This document shows positions 14,311-27,274 of a stretch of 64,000 nt of DNA, in pieces. The stretch is from Ptychomitrium polyphyllum (taxonomy: Eukaryota), in NCBI GenBank assembly GCA_973851085.1, contig OZ316775.1, positions 682,001 to 746,000 of the forward strand, in the 5' to 3' direction. Positions within the stretch are counted from its first letter, which is position 1; each line of letters begins with the position of its first letter. A model generated the notes under the pieces. It saw only the letters and a program-made list of their open reading frames with translations, did no database searches and had not been told where the DNA came from. Position numbers and translations under genes: made by a program.

Positions 14311-16059
14311 ATGATCCGCGAGGTGCTATCACAGGGGTCGGTGAAAGAGTATACGAGGTCGCTCAGTATTGACAGGCTGCCCCTTCGTGATGGTATCGGC
14401 AAAAACTCGCCGAGGTATGGGTTGATGGCGGGGCGGCACCCGCACAGGGCGCCGTTCAATTGGATTTACGTTTTCGTTGCGGTTTTCCTCATGTTCGTCA
14501 CAGTGATCCTAATTCTCAACAACTATTCCATCCAGTCCATGGCGCCCTTGAACAGCCTGAATGCCAAGTCTGCTAGTTCTGTCCACGTCGCGTATGTAGC
14601 CCTCAAGGTCGCCAAATTGCGGGAGAAGGTGCTGAAAGCCTCGACTGCTGCTCAAGAAACGGCCAAGGCAGCCGCGGCTCCAAATTCCCTACCCAGTGCC
14701 AACACTATGTTGAAGCTTGAGAGGTCATTCACTCGCAACGTGTTGGTGGAAATTATGACCGGGCTTGACGGGATTGCTCAGCTCCTCCAGGATCTCAAGA
14801 TGGATAACGGCCCATTAGCGTCAAACTCTAACGAATCCTTCAACATTGTGTCCACGGATGACATTCCCAAACAAGACACACCCGTGCACTCGCTGGACCT
14901 GACGGAGAGCAATCTCTCGTCCTCGGAACCCTTGTATGATTTCTTTGATCGGGAAGAGATCCGCAAGTATATCAAGGTAACATTCCTTATACAACTCTCC
15001 AGATTGTCTTTCTTTATTCTCCTTATCGAGCTGGGTGCTAGTGCCCTGTTTTAGGTCATTGCAGTGGTACAGGATGGAAGTCGTGATGACCTAAGTCTGA
15101 GGGATTGTGGCATTGTGGGGCTGTTGGAACAGGTGAGGGCGAATCGAGGAGGCTTCAAGAATTTCATGGGGGTGAACGCAACGTATGGCACAATCGGCCA
15201 CGCCTGTGTGACCAATAAGGCGCTCCTGGAGAAGTATATGGACTACGACATCGGGGAGGTTTGCAGGGACGATTGGGTGATAGCGCAGCAGCTCATCCTG
15301 CGAGGGTGCGAGCCTCTGCCGCGCCGGCGCTGCCGAGCGCGAGGTCCGAAGCAATACACGAAGCCGCTCCCCGCAAATGAGTCCCTGTGGGCGATCCCGG
15401 CCGATGAGAACATCCGGTGGGACAACTACTACTGTCGCAACTTCTCCTGCCTCGCAGATTGGCAGCACCGCAAGAAATTCTTCAAGTGCAGCCCCTGCTT
15501 CGACCTGCAAGTCCTGGAGAAGCACCGCTGGGTGGTGCCCAACACTACCGACGCCGAGTTTCTTATCTCGGATGTCCTGGCCATCAAGCCCGGCGAGATT
15601 CGCATCGGCCTGGACTACAGCATGGGCACGGGCACCTTCGCCGCGCGGATGAAGGAGCACGACGCTACCATCGTGTCTACCACGCTCAACCTCGGGGCGC
15701 CCTTCAGCGAGGTGATCGCGCTCCGTGGCCTTCTCCCTCTCTACGTCTCCATCAACCAGCGCCTGCCATTCTTCGACAATACCCTGGACATCGTCCACAC
15801 CACCTTGTTCCTCGACGCCTGGATCGACCACCAGCTCCTGGACTTCATCCTCTTCGACTTTGACCGCGTCCTCCGCCCCGGCGGCCTCCTCTGGCTCGAC
15901 CGATTCTTCTGCCACCGCGAGGAGCTCGGAGAGTATCTCTTCTACTTCAAGCGCCTCCGCTACAAGGTACACATGTGGATCACCATTCCCAAAACTGACA
16001 GAAACCGGAATGAAGTCTTCTTCTCTGCCGTCTGGGAAAAGCCTCACGTTCTATTCTAG
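14311..16059 (+). CDS. Type II membrane SAM-dependent methyltransferase (Methyltransf_11/DUF248-like plant family), ~530 aa, 2 exons
   Basis: Exons 14311-14976 and 15133-16059 (GT...AG, frame preserved). N-terminal TM segment WIYVFVAVFLMFVTVILIL; motifs GCEPLPRRRC, IRIGLDYSMGTGTFAARM, LPFFDNTLDIVH and DRVLRPGGLLWLDRF. Confidence 0.92.
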
Positions 16060-17355
16060 CAACTTGCCTATGTTTTATATTTTTCCTAATTGTAGTACCT
16101 GGTTCTGAATAGGCAACTGATTCTTCGTAGAAGTCATTGATATGATATGACCTCTTTGATTAAGCAGGTTGTGATTTAGCTTATTGCACGACTAATGTAC
16201 CAATACTGTAGGAGTAGTATGCGTTGATTGTGGGTGATAGGATGGGTTTGAGGTGATGAGATATTGTTAACTAGATAAGGAGCAGCATCCTTCAATCTTT
16301 TGAGGAAATCATGAAGTAAACTTAACTTTGTACAAATTGTGAGTATGTGCACATATCAGCTTAGTAGTTGGCTTAGTATGGTCTGCTTTATATTAGTCGG
16401 GGATTGCGAGAGTGCGTCTGGCAGTTCTGTAGTATAGTCTGGCACATCACTTCCGATAATACAGTACGCAAGCCAGATGTGTGCGACGACAAAGCTTATC
16501 AAAGCTACGATGAAAATCCTCAAATGTTGATAAACAGATGTGCTCAAATGCTTGAAAGGAGATTCACTTTTGCATGGAAAGTAACCAAGTAGCAGATGTA
16601 GCAAAACGTAGGAACAATTAGGTGTGCAGGAGCATCATTCTTCAATTTTGTAACAAATCATTAACTTACGTGGTACACCTTGTGAGCATGTACACAATTC
16701 AAGGTAGTTGGCTCACGATTGGTAAGATGTCAATCACGTGTTTGTCAATGTGGTCGATATTGTTAGCTCTAAGCTTGCACATGACAATGAAGTTCGAGGT
16801 GTGCTAACAAGTGTGTTAGCACCCGAGCCGGAGATGTTGCTGCTCTCTCTTGACAAAGCTGCATCGAAGTTGCAGATTAAGGAAACAGTAAACCTTAAAA
16901 GGAGATTCATTTGTGAACAGAAAGAAACAAAGTAGTAGTGTTTCTATACGCATCCCACTTCAACATATCTTCATGTTCGTAATTGAAGTGGGGAGCATAT
17001 AGTCTGCCGACCCACAAAATTTTGCACACTGAGAAACAGCTCCTATTCCTTCCAAACCAAATTTCCAAAAAAAGAGTGAAACAGACACACTGCAAACACT
17101 GAGATAGAAACCATTGTGAGCGCTGACATTGTGCATCCATTTTATGGCTAAAGAATCTGAGGGCTAGTGTGAGCTCTTGTATACTGTATTGAAGTAGTTG
17201 ACACTTGATCAACAATTACAGCTGAGTAATCCATACCGAGGCATGATGCAAGACGGCATTTGTCTAGTATATCTACACGTTAGTTGAACTATTAACAATT
17301 TCGTGGAGAAAGGCGACTTCCGAAGTTGACATGGATTACTGTACAATGTAGTAGT

Positions 17356-17922
17356 CTAGTACCGGAGGAAAACTTGGAAGTGTTGGCCTTCCAAAGAGGA
17401 GATTTCGTCCTCCTTGTAGAAATTGGTGAAGGTGGCGTACCCGCGGGCAAATCTGAACGCGCCGGTGCCGCCCGTAACGGTGACGTCGCTAAATTCGGAC
17501 GAGGGAAAGTTCAGCGTGGTGCCCTGGAAGCTGAGCGTGCCGCCATGGGCGCCTGTGTCGAAGCTGGCAGTGAAGAGCCACGTGAACGCGAAGGGGCCAT
17601 CGCCCACCTTGTCCACCACTCGGATGCCATGCGCGCGGCCCAGCACGAGCGCGTTCTCGCTGCTGGTTGCCGTGATCGTGTTGTCAAACGTGATAATCCG
17701 GCTCTTGAACCCCCCAGCTCCCGTTGAATCGACCTCGCCCTTCATCGCCAGCAGATTGGCACTCGTCAGCAAGGAGGGAGAAGGGTTGGGAAACGAAGTG
17801 AACAAACCCGGATTGTGCACGTAAAACTCCAGATTACTTGCCCCGTCACGCGTAGCGCTTACTCCCACAACGTACCACGCCAACAACAACCAGAACACGA
17901 TTCTCACTCTCGCCATCGCCAT
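17356..17922 (-). CDS. Dirigent-like secreted protein, 188 aa, intronless
   Basis: Signal-peptide-like N terminus. Dirigent motifs LEFYVH, ITFDNTIT, VLGRAHG, GTLSFQG and VTGGTGAFRFARGYA. Confidence 0.88.
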   Translation of the reverse strand: MAMARVRIVFWLLLAWYVVGVSATRDGASNLEFYVHNPGLFTSFPNPSPSLLTSANLLAMKGEVDSTGAGGFKSRIITFDNTITATSSENALVLGRAHGIRVVDKVGDGPFAFTWLFTASFDTGAHGGTLSFQGTTLNFPSSEFSDVTVTGGTGAFRFARGYATFTNFYKEDEISSLEGQHFQVFLRY

Positions 17923-19649
17923 AGCTCACTTGCGTTCTCCTCAAGATTAGTATCCAGGTCAGGATGAACTGGTTGCACCGTCAACCAGCCCGCTCAACCG
18001 AACTCTTTGATGCTCAGAAATAGACAATAGAAATTCTGCCGAAAAGTTGACCCGCTATAGCACAATGCACCACAAGCTCCGAAAACCAACCAACACTTCC
18101 TAACGATCGAAAAGCGATCAATGATGAGAAGACGCTCAATAGCCACCAGCTACTCGAGTGAGCTCGCAAGTAAGAATGTACAATGGCTGCCAATTCAAAG
18201 CCTGACTGTGAGAATGATGGCATTCGCCACCAACACCACCTCCGCCACCACTCAGTTGCAGCAGAAGAAGCAATGCTGGAGGAGATTCTCAAGTTCCTGA
18301 AGTTGCTAAAGCTGCTGCATTGAGGATCTTGGGCGATTGCGCATGCAGTATCTATATTGACGAGCTTGAGCCCAGGTGTAAAGCCTAGAGGCTCTGGAAA
18401 TGCCTTTAGGTGATCACTGGGGAAATACAATATGCAACCGTGCCAGGACCTAATCATGGAAAAGGGCGCATGTCACTCTGTCCCACTTTGCATTTCGCTG
18501 TGTAGCTTATCAGTGACGATGACCGCACACCTCCCGTCACTCACTCTACTTGCCCAAGTTGATCAGCCTAATCTAGCTCCAAAAAAACGTAACGCCTTCA
18601 CCCGCTTAACTAGCAGTTCAATGTGCGGAGACCGCGTGGTAGTGTGGTCTTCTCTCCGTAGACAATTCGTATTACTGTGGGCTTACGAAGTGGTGGTCCC
18701 CATGGGCTGTAGCAGGAGAGATTTATCTCAGTGTTTGGGTTGGCAGGCTGGTTGGTAAATATTCTTCTACAGTAGTGGGGTGAGGGATTAGCGGCAACGG
18801 TAGTGGGTTATCTGTACCGATTAGCCAAAGGAAATGGGGGCTAGCTCATACATGTAGCATTGGGATTGATGTGCCAGTAAAGGATTCATCAACAGTGCGA
18901 ACATTGCCCCAATAAGTGACAAATGCATAATTTTGTGGAACGCCAATTTTGCTGCTTTCTGGTAACCTGTCAAATCCCAACCACGCCCTGTCAAAATCAA
19001 TGTACACACATGAACATTAGACATCAACTAATCTACAGCAGTCCATCATTATGCCCTTACAGACTATTGCTGGATTGAAGAACAGTTTAATTGCTTTTAG
19101 GCGGAGATTGTACTAGAATTTCAACCCTGTTATAGGTAGACTACTATGCCTCAAGAGGAGCTTCACAAGTTCATCCCTTTGTCCTGTACTGCCCTTCGAA
19201 ACTGTCTGTCACTGCTTTTCTGTCCTGATAAAAAAATGGTTGAGTTCTTTCATGCTGTTGTGAGGACTCAGCAACCATGTTCGATCGCTATGAAACAGGT
19301 TGCGACTCAATCATTGACATGGAAAAGATCCGTCTTGCAACAAGTAACTAGACGATTACTAACCTTTTTTTCTTCCTGTAGCATGCGGTAAATCACTCCA
19401 TGCAGAGCTGTTTCAGTGTTTTATAAGCTCAAGATCCTAGTAGCCACTAAACATGCATTAAATCATGCACTGATAAGGCCACTTTTATTGGTGCAGAACA
19501 TCTAACGTCTTTAAACATGCCCGGCTACCATTTTTTCATGTTTTATAAGACTATTTTCTCCGACTTATTTTTTGCACGTGACATATTGAAAAACCAAGGG
19601 AATGTTTATCATGCGGCACGACTAATGTATTAATAATTGATTCAGTGCA

Positions 19650-20107
19650 GAGGTCAAACTGCAAAATGGGTGATTTGTAGCGCTGCTGGGATATTCATTA
19701 ACTCTTTGACAACCTCTAGAAGACCAGGTTCACTAATTAATCTGGCAATTTGTGCATCCAGAGTATTCAAAGATTCACTGAATGCCCTTACAAGGTACTT
19801 CAAAGTGGTTAGCATATTCACCTAACCTTGCAGGGTACTGAAAAAATGTTCATAGTCAATGAAGATCTTGCACACACCATAGAAGATTTTTATCCCATCT
19901 TGCTGAAAAATTAGTCAGGAGTGTTCACTATGGAAATGTCATCCTTGTAGATAAACCTAGCTTTTACAAGCATCTTCTTGCTTTCACTTTAGAGCTTCAG
20001 TGATCCAATGACATCCTCGACACCAATCACTCGTTTGTCACATTGAACAACGGTTGCTACAAAACTAGCATGACATCATCGGAATCCTTTTGTGAAGATG
20101 ATGCTCC
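19650..20107 (-). pseudogene. Possible decayed coding exons of an unidentified gene
   Basis: Two exon-like blocks begin after pyrimidine-rich CAG sites and translate as protein-like text with scattered stops: SIIFTKGFR*CHASFVATVVQCDKRVIGVEDVIGSLKL*... and QDGIKIFYGVCKIFIDYEHFFSTLQG*VNMLTTLKYLVRAFSESLNTLDAQIARLISEPGLLEVVKELM. No family recognised. Confidence 0.25.
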
Positions 20108-20375
20108 CTGAGACAGTTAGAATTCCCTCACACTTCCTTATTTAATTCAGGACTCGACCAGTTGTACTCCTTGCAAATCACCTTACTGTTCGTTTTCAAC
20201 AAGGTGAAAGGATAACCAAAAAAAAGTTATATTCGCTTTTTGTAATCCGGATATAAATATTTACTCCGTCAGAACGTCTCATCTGTACAGTTAATATAAA
20301 AATTAAGTCGACTGATGTTCTAGTTTTCCTTTCTTGTTATTCATTATAACTAGATACAAGTCCAAGCCTAGCATC

Positions 20376-20450
20376 CTACCAAAAATAAGGGTTAATTAAG
20401 ACACTCTTTTAAAATGCTAAAATGTCTTAATCAACCCTTGTTTTTGATAG
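20376..20450. repeat. 28-bp imperfect inverted repeat (hairpin)
   Basis: CTACCAAAAATAAGGGTTAATTAAGACA ... TGTCTTAATCAACCCTTGTTTTTGATAG: 25/28 complementary with a 19-nt spacer. Confidence 0.8.
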
Positions 20451-22642
20451 TTCATGAATCCCCTAGCCAGTGCAGAATATGCACAAAAAACAGTTACATT
20501 GTCTCGCATGCGTTGAGGATTCGCGATGCATTGACAAAGCTGGATTCGTTCGATTGGTTCGAAATACGCCGTCAGAATGATGAGTCACCTTGAAGTTAGT
20601 TTCAAATATCTTTTTGAACCTCTTCCCTGGAATTTTTCACTTTGTGTCAATTTAGTCGTCCTTTGATGTCATCTCTACAATACTGGCAAATGTCAACAGT
20701 GAAGTTTGTCGCTTTTAGACACTGTACCGGTGGTTTTTAAATTATTTTCTGACGAACGAGAGCAGCTTTACCCCCGTGCTAGGATCCCATCAAGCAAGGT
20801 GGGAATTTCATGGCAACAAAATGAACTGTACTGGTAGTTTGAAGAGTTATCAGCATGAAAGGTTTAATCTTAACTTGAGGTTGCAAGTTTCATGTTACAC
20901 ACGTTCATGAAATGAATTTGCCACTCAATGGCATGCAACAGTGTGCGCAGCCGTGAATGTTCATAACCAGTGTTTTCATGGCCCACTGAAAACCGTTGGA
21001 GTGCAAGTCCAGCCTAATTTGGCTGCTTGTGTGTCGAATCTTGTTGGCTTTAGGGTAACGACATCGCAGGGTGTATTCAGCCGTTTCTTTTGCACTGTGG
21101 CTTCAGTGGGGGTTACACTTCTCTCTGAGCTGAAAGGCATTTGTTTATATTTGGCATAATATTTAATTCCAGATGTGAATGGTAGAGTGCACGATCCTTT
21201 CTACAGTTTTACCTAGTAGGCTAACTGTATAACTGTTGAGTACTCAGAATCACAGTAATTTGACACGCTTTTCCTTTTGAGTTGGAATGAAATATTATAA
21301 GTAGAAATCTAATATCAACTAGACCAAGGAATAGATTCAAATTTGGACAATGTGCTAATTCACAATGTTTTAAAGTTCAGTGCGACTTCGATCTAATACT
21401 GTGACCGTACTACATCCAAAAGAACTTCCTGGCTGATCAAGTCATTCATATACGTACAACTGATGTCACTTACAATATTCCTCGAGCCATGATCACTGAA
21501 AGTTGAGATCGTGAAGTCCAGATTACAGAGCCTTCTTCGGATTACGATAATTCGCGTTTTGCGTGCTACAACGTGGCTTGTGCAAGATGCTTTTGATTTG
21601 ATTGATGCGTAGTACTGCTGCTGTTACCGGTAATTCTCGTGTTCACCCAGACATCATCATGATGCTGATGCTATTGATCTGCGCCGACTCTGATGAAGCT
21701 AGGTCTTGCTTAAGAATGTGATGAAATCGTCTTGAGAGACTGCCAGAGAATGGGAAATTGGAAGAATCTGTCTGACAAGAATCTTCATCATGTGCTGACA
21801 ATGAAACAAGAGCAGGATCAGCAATACCATGATAATTTTTCTATTCTTGAAATCATTTGAAGTTTTACTTTGATACATAATAATATCGTTGATAGTTCTT
21901 TGGTTTGAAAGGTGATTAAAGGAGACCGGAAATGGATGCCCAAGCCTTACGGCAAATTAATCAGGTCTGGCATGACCTTGAAGTTCTCGTCAAGGTAATA
22001 GCATGCAAAGCCAGTCCTACAGGTCTTGATGACGGACAGTACTGACACTGTCGGAATATCAAAATTTCACTCCTTTCTGCATATCCTAAAGCTATGATTC
22101 TCGTCGCAAACTTCACAAACAAATCCGCAGGAACCTATACAAGGAACAGTTTGTGGCAACCCCGAATCATTTGGTTAATATACATCTTATGGAACAAAGA
22201 GCAACCCTGGCTAGACTTACCAGTGTATAACATTTAATTAATGAAACACTGCCAAAATGCAGCAAACAATTAACTGATTAGATTAGAACCAAAACTCATC
22301 CAAAAAGCAGCATGATCTCTTATTCAACGCATTCACACAGATGAAATTATGATTGCAGAAGAACCGTCATATATATCCCGGAAGTTTGAAAATTGCGACA
22401 AGACTCAACATGACTGCACCACGCTGAATCACTGATATACTGCTGGCATCATTGCAATGAGAAGTATTTTGATAAAAGCCACTCCCTAATTTCCAGTCAC
22501 TACCAACATGAAATACCCTCTTTTCCCTACTCGGACTTTATCATAATCTACATGAAAAAAGAAGTAAGACTAGAGCTTCGGATGTGCACATAAGGTACCA
22601 GAAACTCCTTCAGAGTCTGCCAGGAATGCCAGAACAGAACCA

Positions 22643-25600
22643 TTAATACTTTGGCATTTGTCCTACAGCAGAATTCTTGGGCCCAAACTTTTTCAGCGTT
22701 TGACGAAGCTCATGGGGTATCAAATTAGCCAAGCTTGAGTTTCTTGAAAAACCTGGAGATGTGGAAACGTTGGGTATCCTTGGAAGGTTAGGGTTAAGAT
22801 AAGATATAGCAGTTGGTAACACAATTGAACAAGGCTTCTTTTTTGGAATGAGATATTTGGGGGTTGGAGTGTCCTCCACTATAGCTGCTTGCTTGTGCTC
22901 TTCCTCTTGAGTTGCTGATATAGGCACCTGATACTTGACAGGCTGCTCAGGAACGGTAGCTTCATTGTTGGGCTGCTCCTTCCTCACTCTGTCAGCTTCG
23001 TTCCTTGCTGCCAAATCTTCATCTGCATGCTTCTTCGTCATTGTATCATTGAATTCTGGGAAAGTCAGATTCGTAACGAGGTACTCGCTTAATCCCTCCA
23101 CTATACCACTATCTACAGTTACAAGTTTTTGATTTTCAATGTTCACCGCAACGTGCTCCTCTGCACCTGCATGTTCAATACCTGCCCGCACTTCTCTTGC
23201 CAGCTGCTTGCTCTTCTTCTCTACTATATCATCAGACACCAATTGCACCTGCACATACACATTTTTTCCCCTAAGTTGCCATTTAATATAGACAAGCCAT
23301 TTTTTACACGTCCAACTGTATATGACAATTGAGTTATGCTCTGAAAGTCTACATCAGAAGAGCTGTCGAAAGAAAATCTGTAGGTTAATCTTTAATGGGA
23401 CAATACCTTAGCCAAATGCAAATCAGCTCCTCTTGCAAGTAATATCTGAACAAGAGTCTCGAAATTCTCCGGGCTTGGCTTGTAGTGCCCGCTGTGAGCC
23501 TCCATCAGCTGTTAAAGCCAAGGGTCAGTATGTAGCAACAATATTCAACTTCTTGTGACTCTTTTATGTGCAAAGTCATAAAATCTCCATCATCAAACGA
23601 GACTGTTAAGTGAATATTTGATTGAAGTTCGAGAATTTAGCTGAAAGACGTTACCCCTTCAAAGTTAAAACATTTTCATTCTAATTTGCTTGTGGACTGT
23701 ATTCATTTATAGCTCTATTTGGTCGAGAATTTGGCATCTTACAAAGAAGAAATCCAGGTGTTTGGCATAATAGAAGGCGTTAAATGACTTGGGAAAGGAC
23801 TAACCATCAAGACCCCATGGTCGACCACGAGCCGGCCGGCCGCAGTTGTGGCACCTCCAGCTAAAAAGCTAGAGTGCTGAAACAAACCTTTTTGTTTCTG
23901 CACAGTAAAGGAGTCACTATTTTCGTCATTGGAGTGATTAGGGAGTGGTTCATAGCTTCTATAGGTGCAAAGCAAGAGCCAGTTTCTTTGACTTAACAGA
24001 GTAACCAAGTTTAACTAGATGGCTATTGATTCGGTACACACCTTGCCAATATATATGCTGCCGGAAGGACTCATGACAAAAACCCATCGATCATTCTTGG
24101 TCAACCCAGTGTTTACAATTTCCCCTGACATTTTGTAGAATAACTTTCCGTCGTAGATCGCTACCTCATAATGCTTTCTCTGTTCCTGAAAATCAGACAA
24201 CATTTAAAGAGAATCAGTCATGAACTCGGGGGCTTGCGTACCTACCAGTTCATTTTGCAAAATTGTACGGCAAACCTGTTTGAATCTAATTGCCATGTTT
24301 GGAGAGGAATGAGGTATTACAGGACTGAGATATGTGATCTGTTGTTTTAAAAGTGTGGCTCTTGAACACTTCTGAAGCTCAACTTGCCTGCCAGCCCCAA
24401 GATCCAACCTGCCATTTACAATCGAACAAAGTGCGATGTTAGAATATGTACATTGATTCAAAACACTGGGTTCTTGAGTGGTCGTGGTTCAAGAAAAGAA
24501 AGCCAGGATATTATGACGGAGTACCAATAAAAGAATGGTTCGTTTGTCTCGAGCTCAAGCCAATGGAGATAGTAAGGACGCAGGTTGTGACCATATCTGT
24601 GCCTGGCGTCAACCTGCATGTGAACACAAAAGGAACACAATCAGTTCCTAGCACTTGAACACAAAAGGAACACAAGACAGTGCGATTGAGATGTTAGAAA
24701 AGAGTAGCGACATGAAAGTGGTAATGTCCTTCTCCTAAGGAATAAAGGATGAAGAAAGACTAATCCAAAATCAGCAACTCTTATATAAAGGACAAGACAA
24801 TGATGCTGTCAATGTTTGCCTTGTTTGACAAGGTTTAACTTGGAGAACAGAGGAGGGGGAAATATCTCACAGCTTCAAGCCAATGTTGCAGAGCAAGCTT
24901 GAGGGCTTTGTTGTTTTTCTCCAATCCTTTTCCAAGCTGGAACAAAACGGCAGCTGATTCAGTCAGTACTCTACAGCAACCCCTGAGCTGCGTGTTTGTG
25001 GAAGGAGTGGATTGACACATTGCTTAAACCTCAGGGATGAGCATTGGAGCACACGCTGCAAATGCACAGCACAACTAACTCAACTGTAATTGAAAGATAT
25101 AGGTTGTGTAAGTCGCTGTCTGTTTCACTGAATGGAATGATAGGCTGGTGGTTTCTTGATCTTATACAGTAAGCAATTTGGATTACATTCTTGGATAATA
25201 CTGAGCATTCATCTTCGGGTTGAGTTGAAAAGGATAGAGTTCTCACCTTTGAGGCTTTACGCTTCAATCGTTTCCAATTCTCATCAGCCTTCCAAGATTT
25301 ACTGTGCGCGTAGTACTGTTGGGTATGCTCTCGCAGAACCACGGAATCGACCACGTTCCACCTGTTTCTATGCAGGCTAAATTTTGTAAGAACGAGAAGC
25401 TCTCTTGCTCAGCCCAAAAAATAACAAAATCTAGAAGTAAAGCAGGACATGAATGCATACAATGGCACGATCACTCAAATTTCTCAATGCCACAAATGTC
25501 ACATTCTTGGTGATGTTCCGAAGCAAAAGAAGTAAAGCTTTGTTCAAAATATCATGTGCAAATCCATCAATATTAGCAGAGTACACAACCAAACAATTCT

Positions 25601-25785
25601 TCAGATTTTCGAAGGTTTACAGAACTGGATGCGGTGCATATGTACCAGCCAACCGATGTGGATTTGGACATAATCGCTGCATCTGCGAGCCTGCGCCGCG
25701 CTCGGTACCCTCGGTACGTTTTCTGTATCATCACAGCTACTGCATCTTTGCGAGGCGTGATGGGAGCATCTGGCTCTGTCGTCAT
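22643..25785 (-). CDS. IQM: IQM-family IQ-motif calmodulin-binding protein, ~480 aa, 9 exons
   Basis: Exons 25785-25646, 25361-25247, 24936-24871, 24613-24525, 24408-24321, 24185-24042, 23897-23805, 23508-23407, 23248-22643; all GT-AG, total 1443 nt in frame. Motifs [68 protein letters not shown] and HSGHYKP. Confidence 0.92.
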
Positions 25786-27274
25786 GGCTGCTTTTTTTGT
25801 GCTATTCGATCCTTTTCAGAGCGAGCGTTCAGGTTATTGCAACCACCTCTCTAAACGTCGTGCAGGGAAAGTAACATGCTCTGCATTACTCCGGCCAATC
25901 CGAGCTAGTGAAAATTAACTCCCAAGCTAAGCGTTAAAATAATAGCAATAGCGAAGGTTGACCTTAAATACCGAACCTATTTCCTTGTATCGATTGTGGA
26001 CATATCCGTGTAAGTTCGGAGCGGGAGAAATACTGCACTATTCCAGAGTCAGAAATGTTCTCTCCTGACAGTCCGTCAAGCAGTTCGGAGAATTCTCCCG
26101 AGTTAAAACCAGGCCGCTCTCGTCCCACTTCAACTGACTAAGATGACATAACCCGTACAGGCGCCCACGTCCTAGCAATCTCTCCTCACTCGTGCAAATT
26201 GTGCACTCCGGTCTAACTCCTGAACTGTTGAATCATGCGGTTTAAAATCCTACCAAGGATCTTCACAACGAGGCAACAACTCTACAACTGAACCAATTTC
26301 AACTGAGAAATCACACCCTACTAGAACAAGTAGCACGGAAGCGAGGACTAACTTAGCTGGGTGAATCTTGACTGTGGAGCCGACGATGTTGGGGGACAAG
26401 ATCCCGAGGCAACGAAAACCCAGTTGTTCATGACTCTGACGTCAGTCTCTAGGGACTCCGCGGATACTAAGAAAAGAAATGTTTACGCGCCGCGGCCTCG
26501 CTTCCAATGAACTAAGCACGAGCTGAATACTCAAACATCCAAGTTTGGTCCAACTCTTGTCACAATTTTACTGTTTCGTTACATTAATACTCAACTCCAG
26601 AAGGGTTGAATTTGTTGCTTCCAGACATTCAACAAAGTTCACGTGGGAAGTCTAATGTCATTGGAAACGATCATGATCATTGAAAAGACACAAGTCTCAC
26701 ACCACAGGCGTTGATCCAGGCCCAAATTCAAGTGGAAAACCAATTTGGCCTCGTCACATGGTGTGGACAACACTAGTCATGATGACCTTGGGGACCAAAC
26801 CCAGACCAAGTCTTAGATATCCGGCTCAGTCTCCTTTCAAATATATTATACATGTATTCAGTATGTACATGCATTCTGGATTCAGAATACATGTACACGC
26901 CAACTCTGTTTCTGATATTATTTTTAGTGTAGTCTCTAAAAGTGAGTGTTCTTTCTGCTTGTGATCTTTAGATTTCGTATTGGTGTCGTCCTGGTTCTTT
27001 CATGGTCAACGTTGTTTTGGGTGTCGCCTTTGCACAGAGTCGCTTTGGGCTTCGTTTAGTTGCAGCAAGTATGTGAAAGAATTAGATATTGCCGATTCAG
27101 CCACACTGATTGCGGCTCAACTTCGGGCGTACAGTTCAATGCTCACTATCAGTTGATATTGATCCTCTGTACAGTGAGAACTTAAACAAAGGTGAAACTG
27201 AATGTACTGTACTTGCACAAAACCGGGTCACTCTGTCGCATCTCCAATGCACACACCGAAACTTAAAAAGAAGT

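Noticed and set aside
15091..16047. 318-aa antisense ORF and alternative-frame ORFs over methyltransferase exon 2
   Set aside because: Shadow frames of a GC3-rich exon; no recognisable motifs.
17326..17824. Plus-strand ORFs overlapping the dirigent gene
   Set aside because: Antisense shadows of a GC-rich CDS.
18180..18390. Pro-rich short frames (SPPTPPPPPL...) upstream of the dirigent gene
   Set aside because: No start/splice context or family motif that I can support.
21690..21780. Possible C/D-box snoRNA (TGATGA...CTGA)
   Set aside because: No terminal stem and no recognisable rRNA antisense guide; such motifs are common by chance.
24621..24675. 20-bp direct duplication in an IQM intron (similar small duplications at ~30145-30212 and ~61924-61962)
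   Set aside because: Ordinary local slippage or repair duplications with no sign of function.
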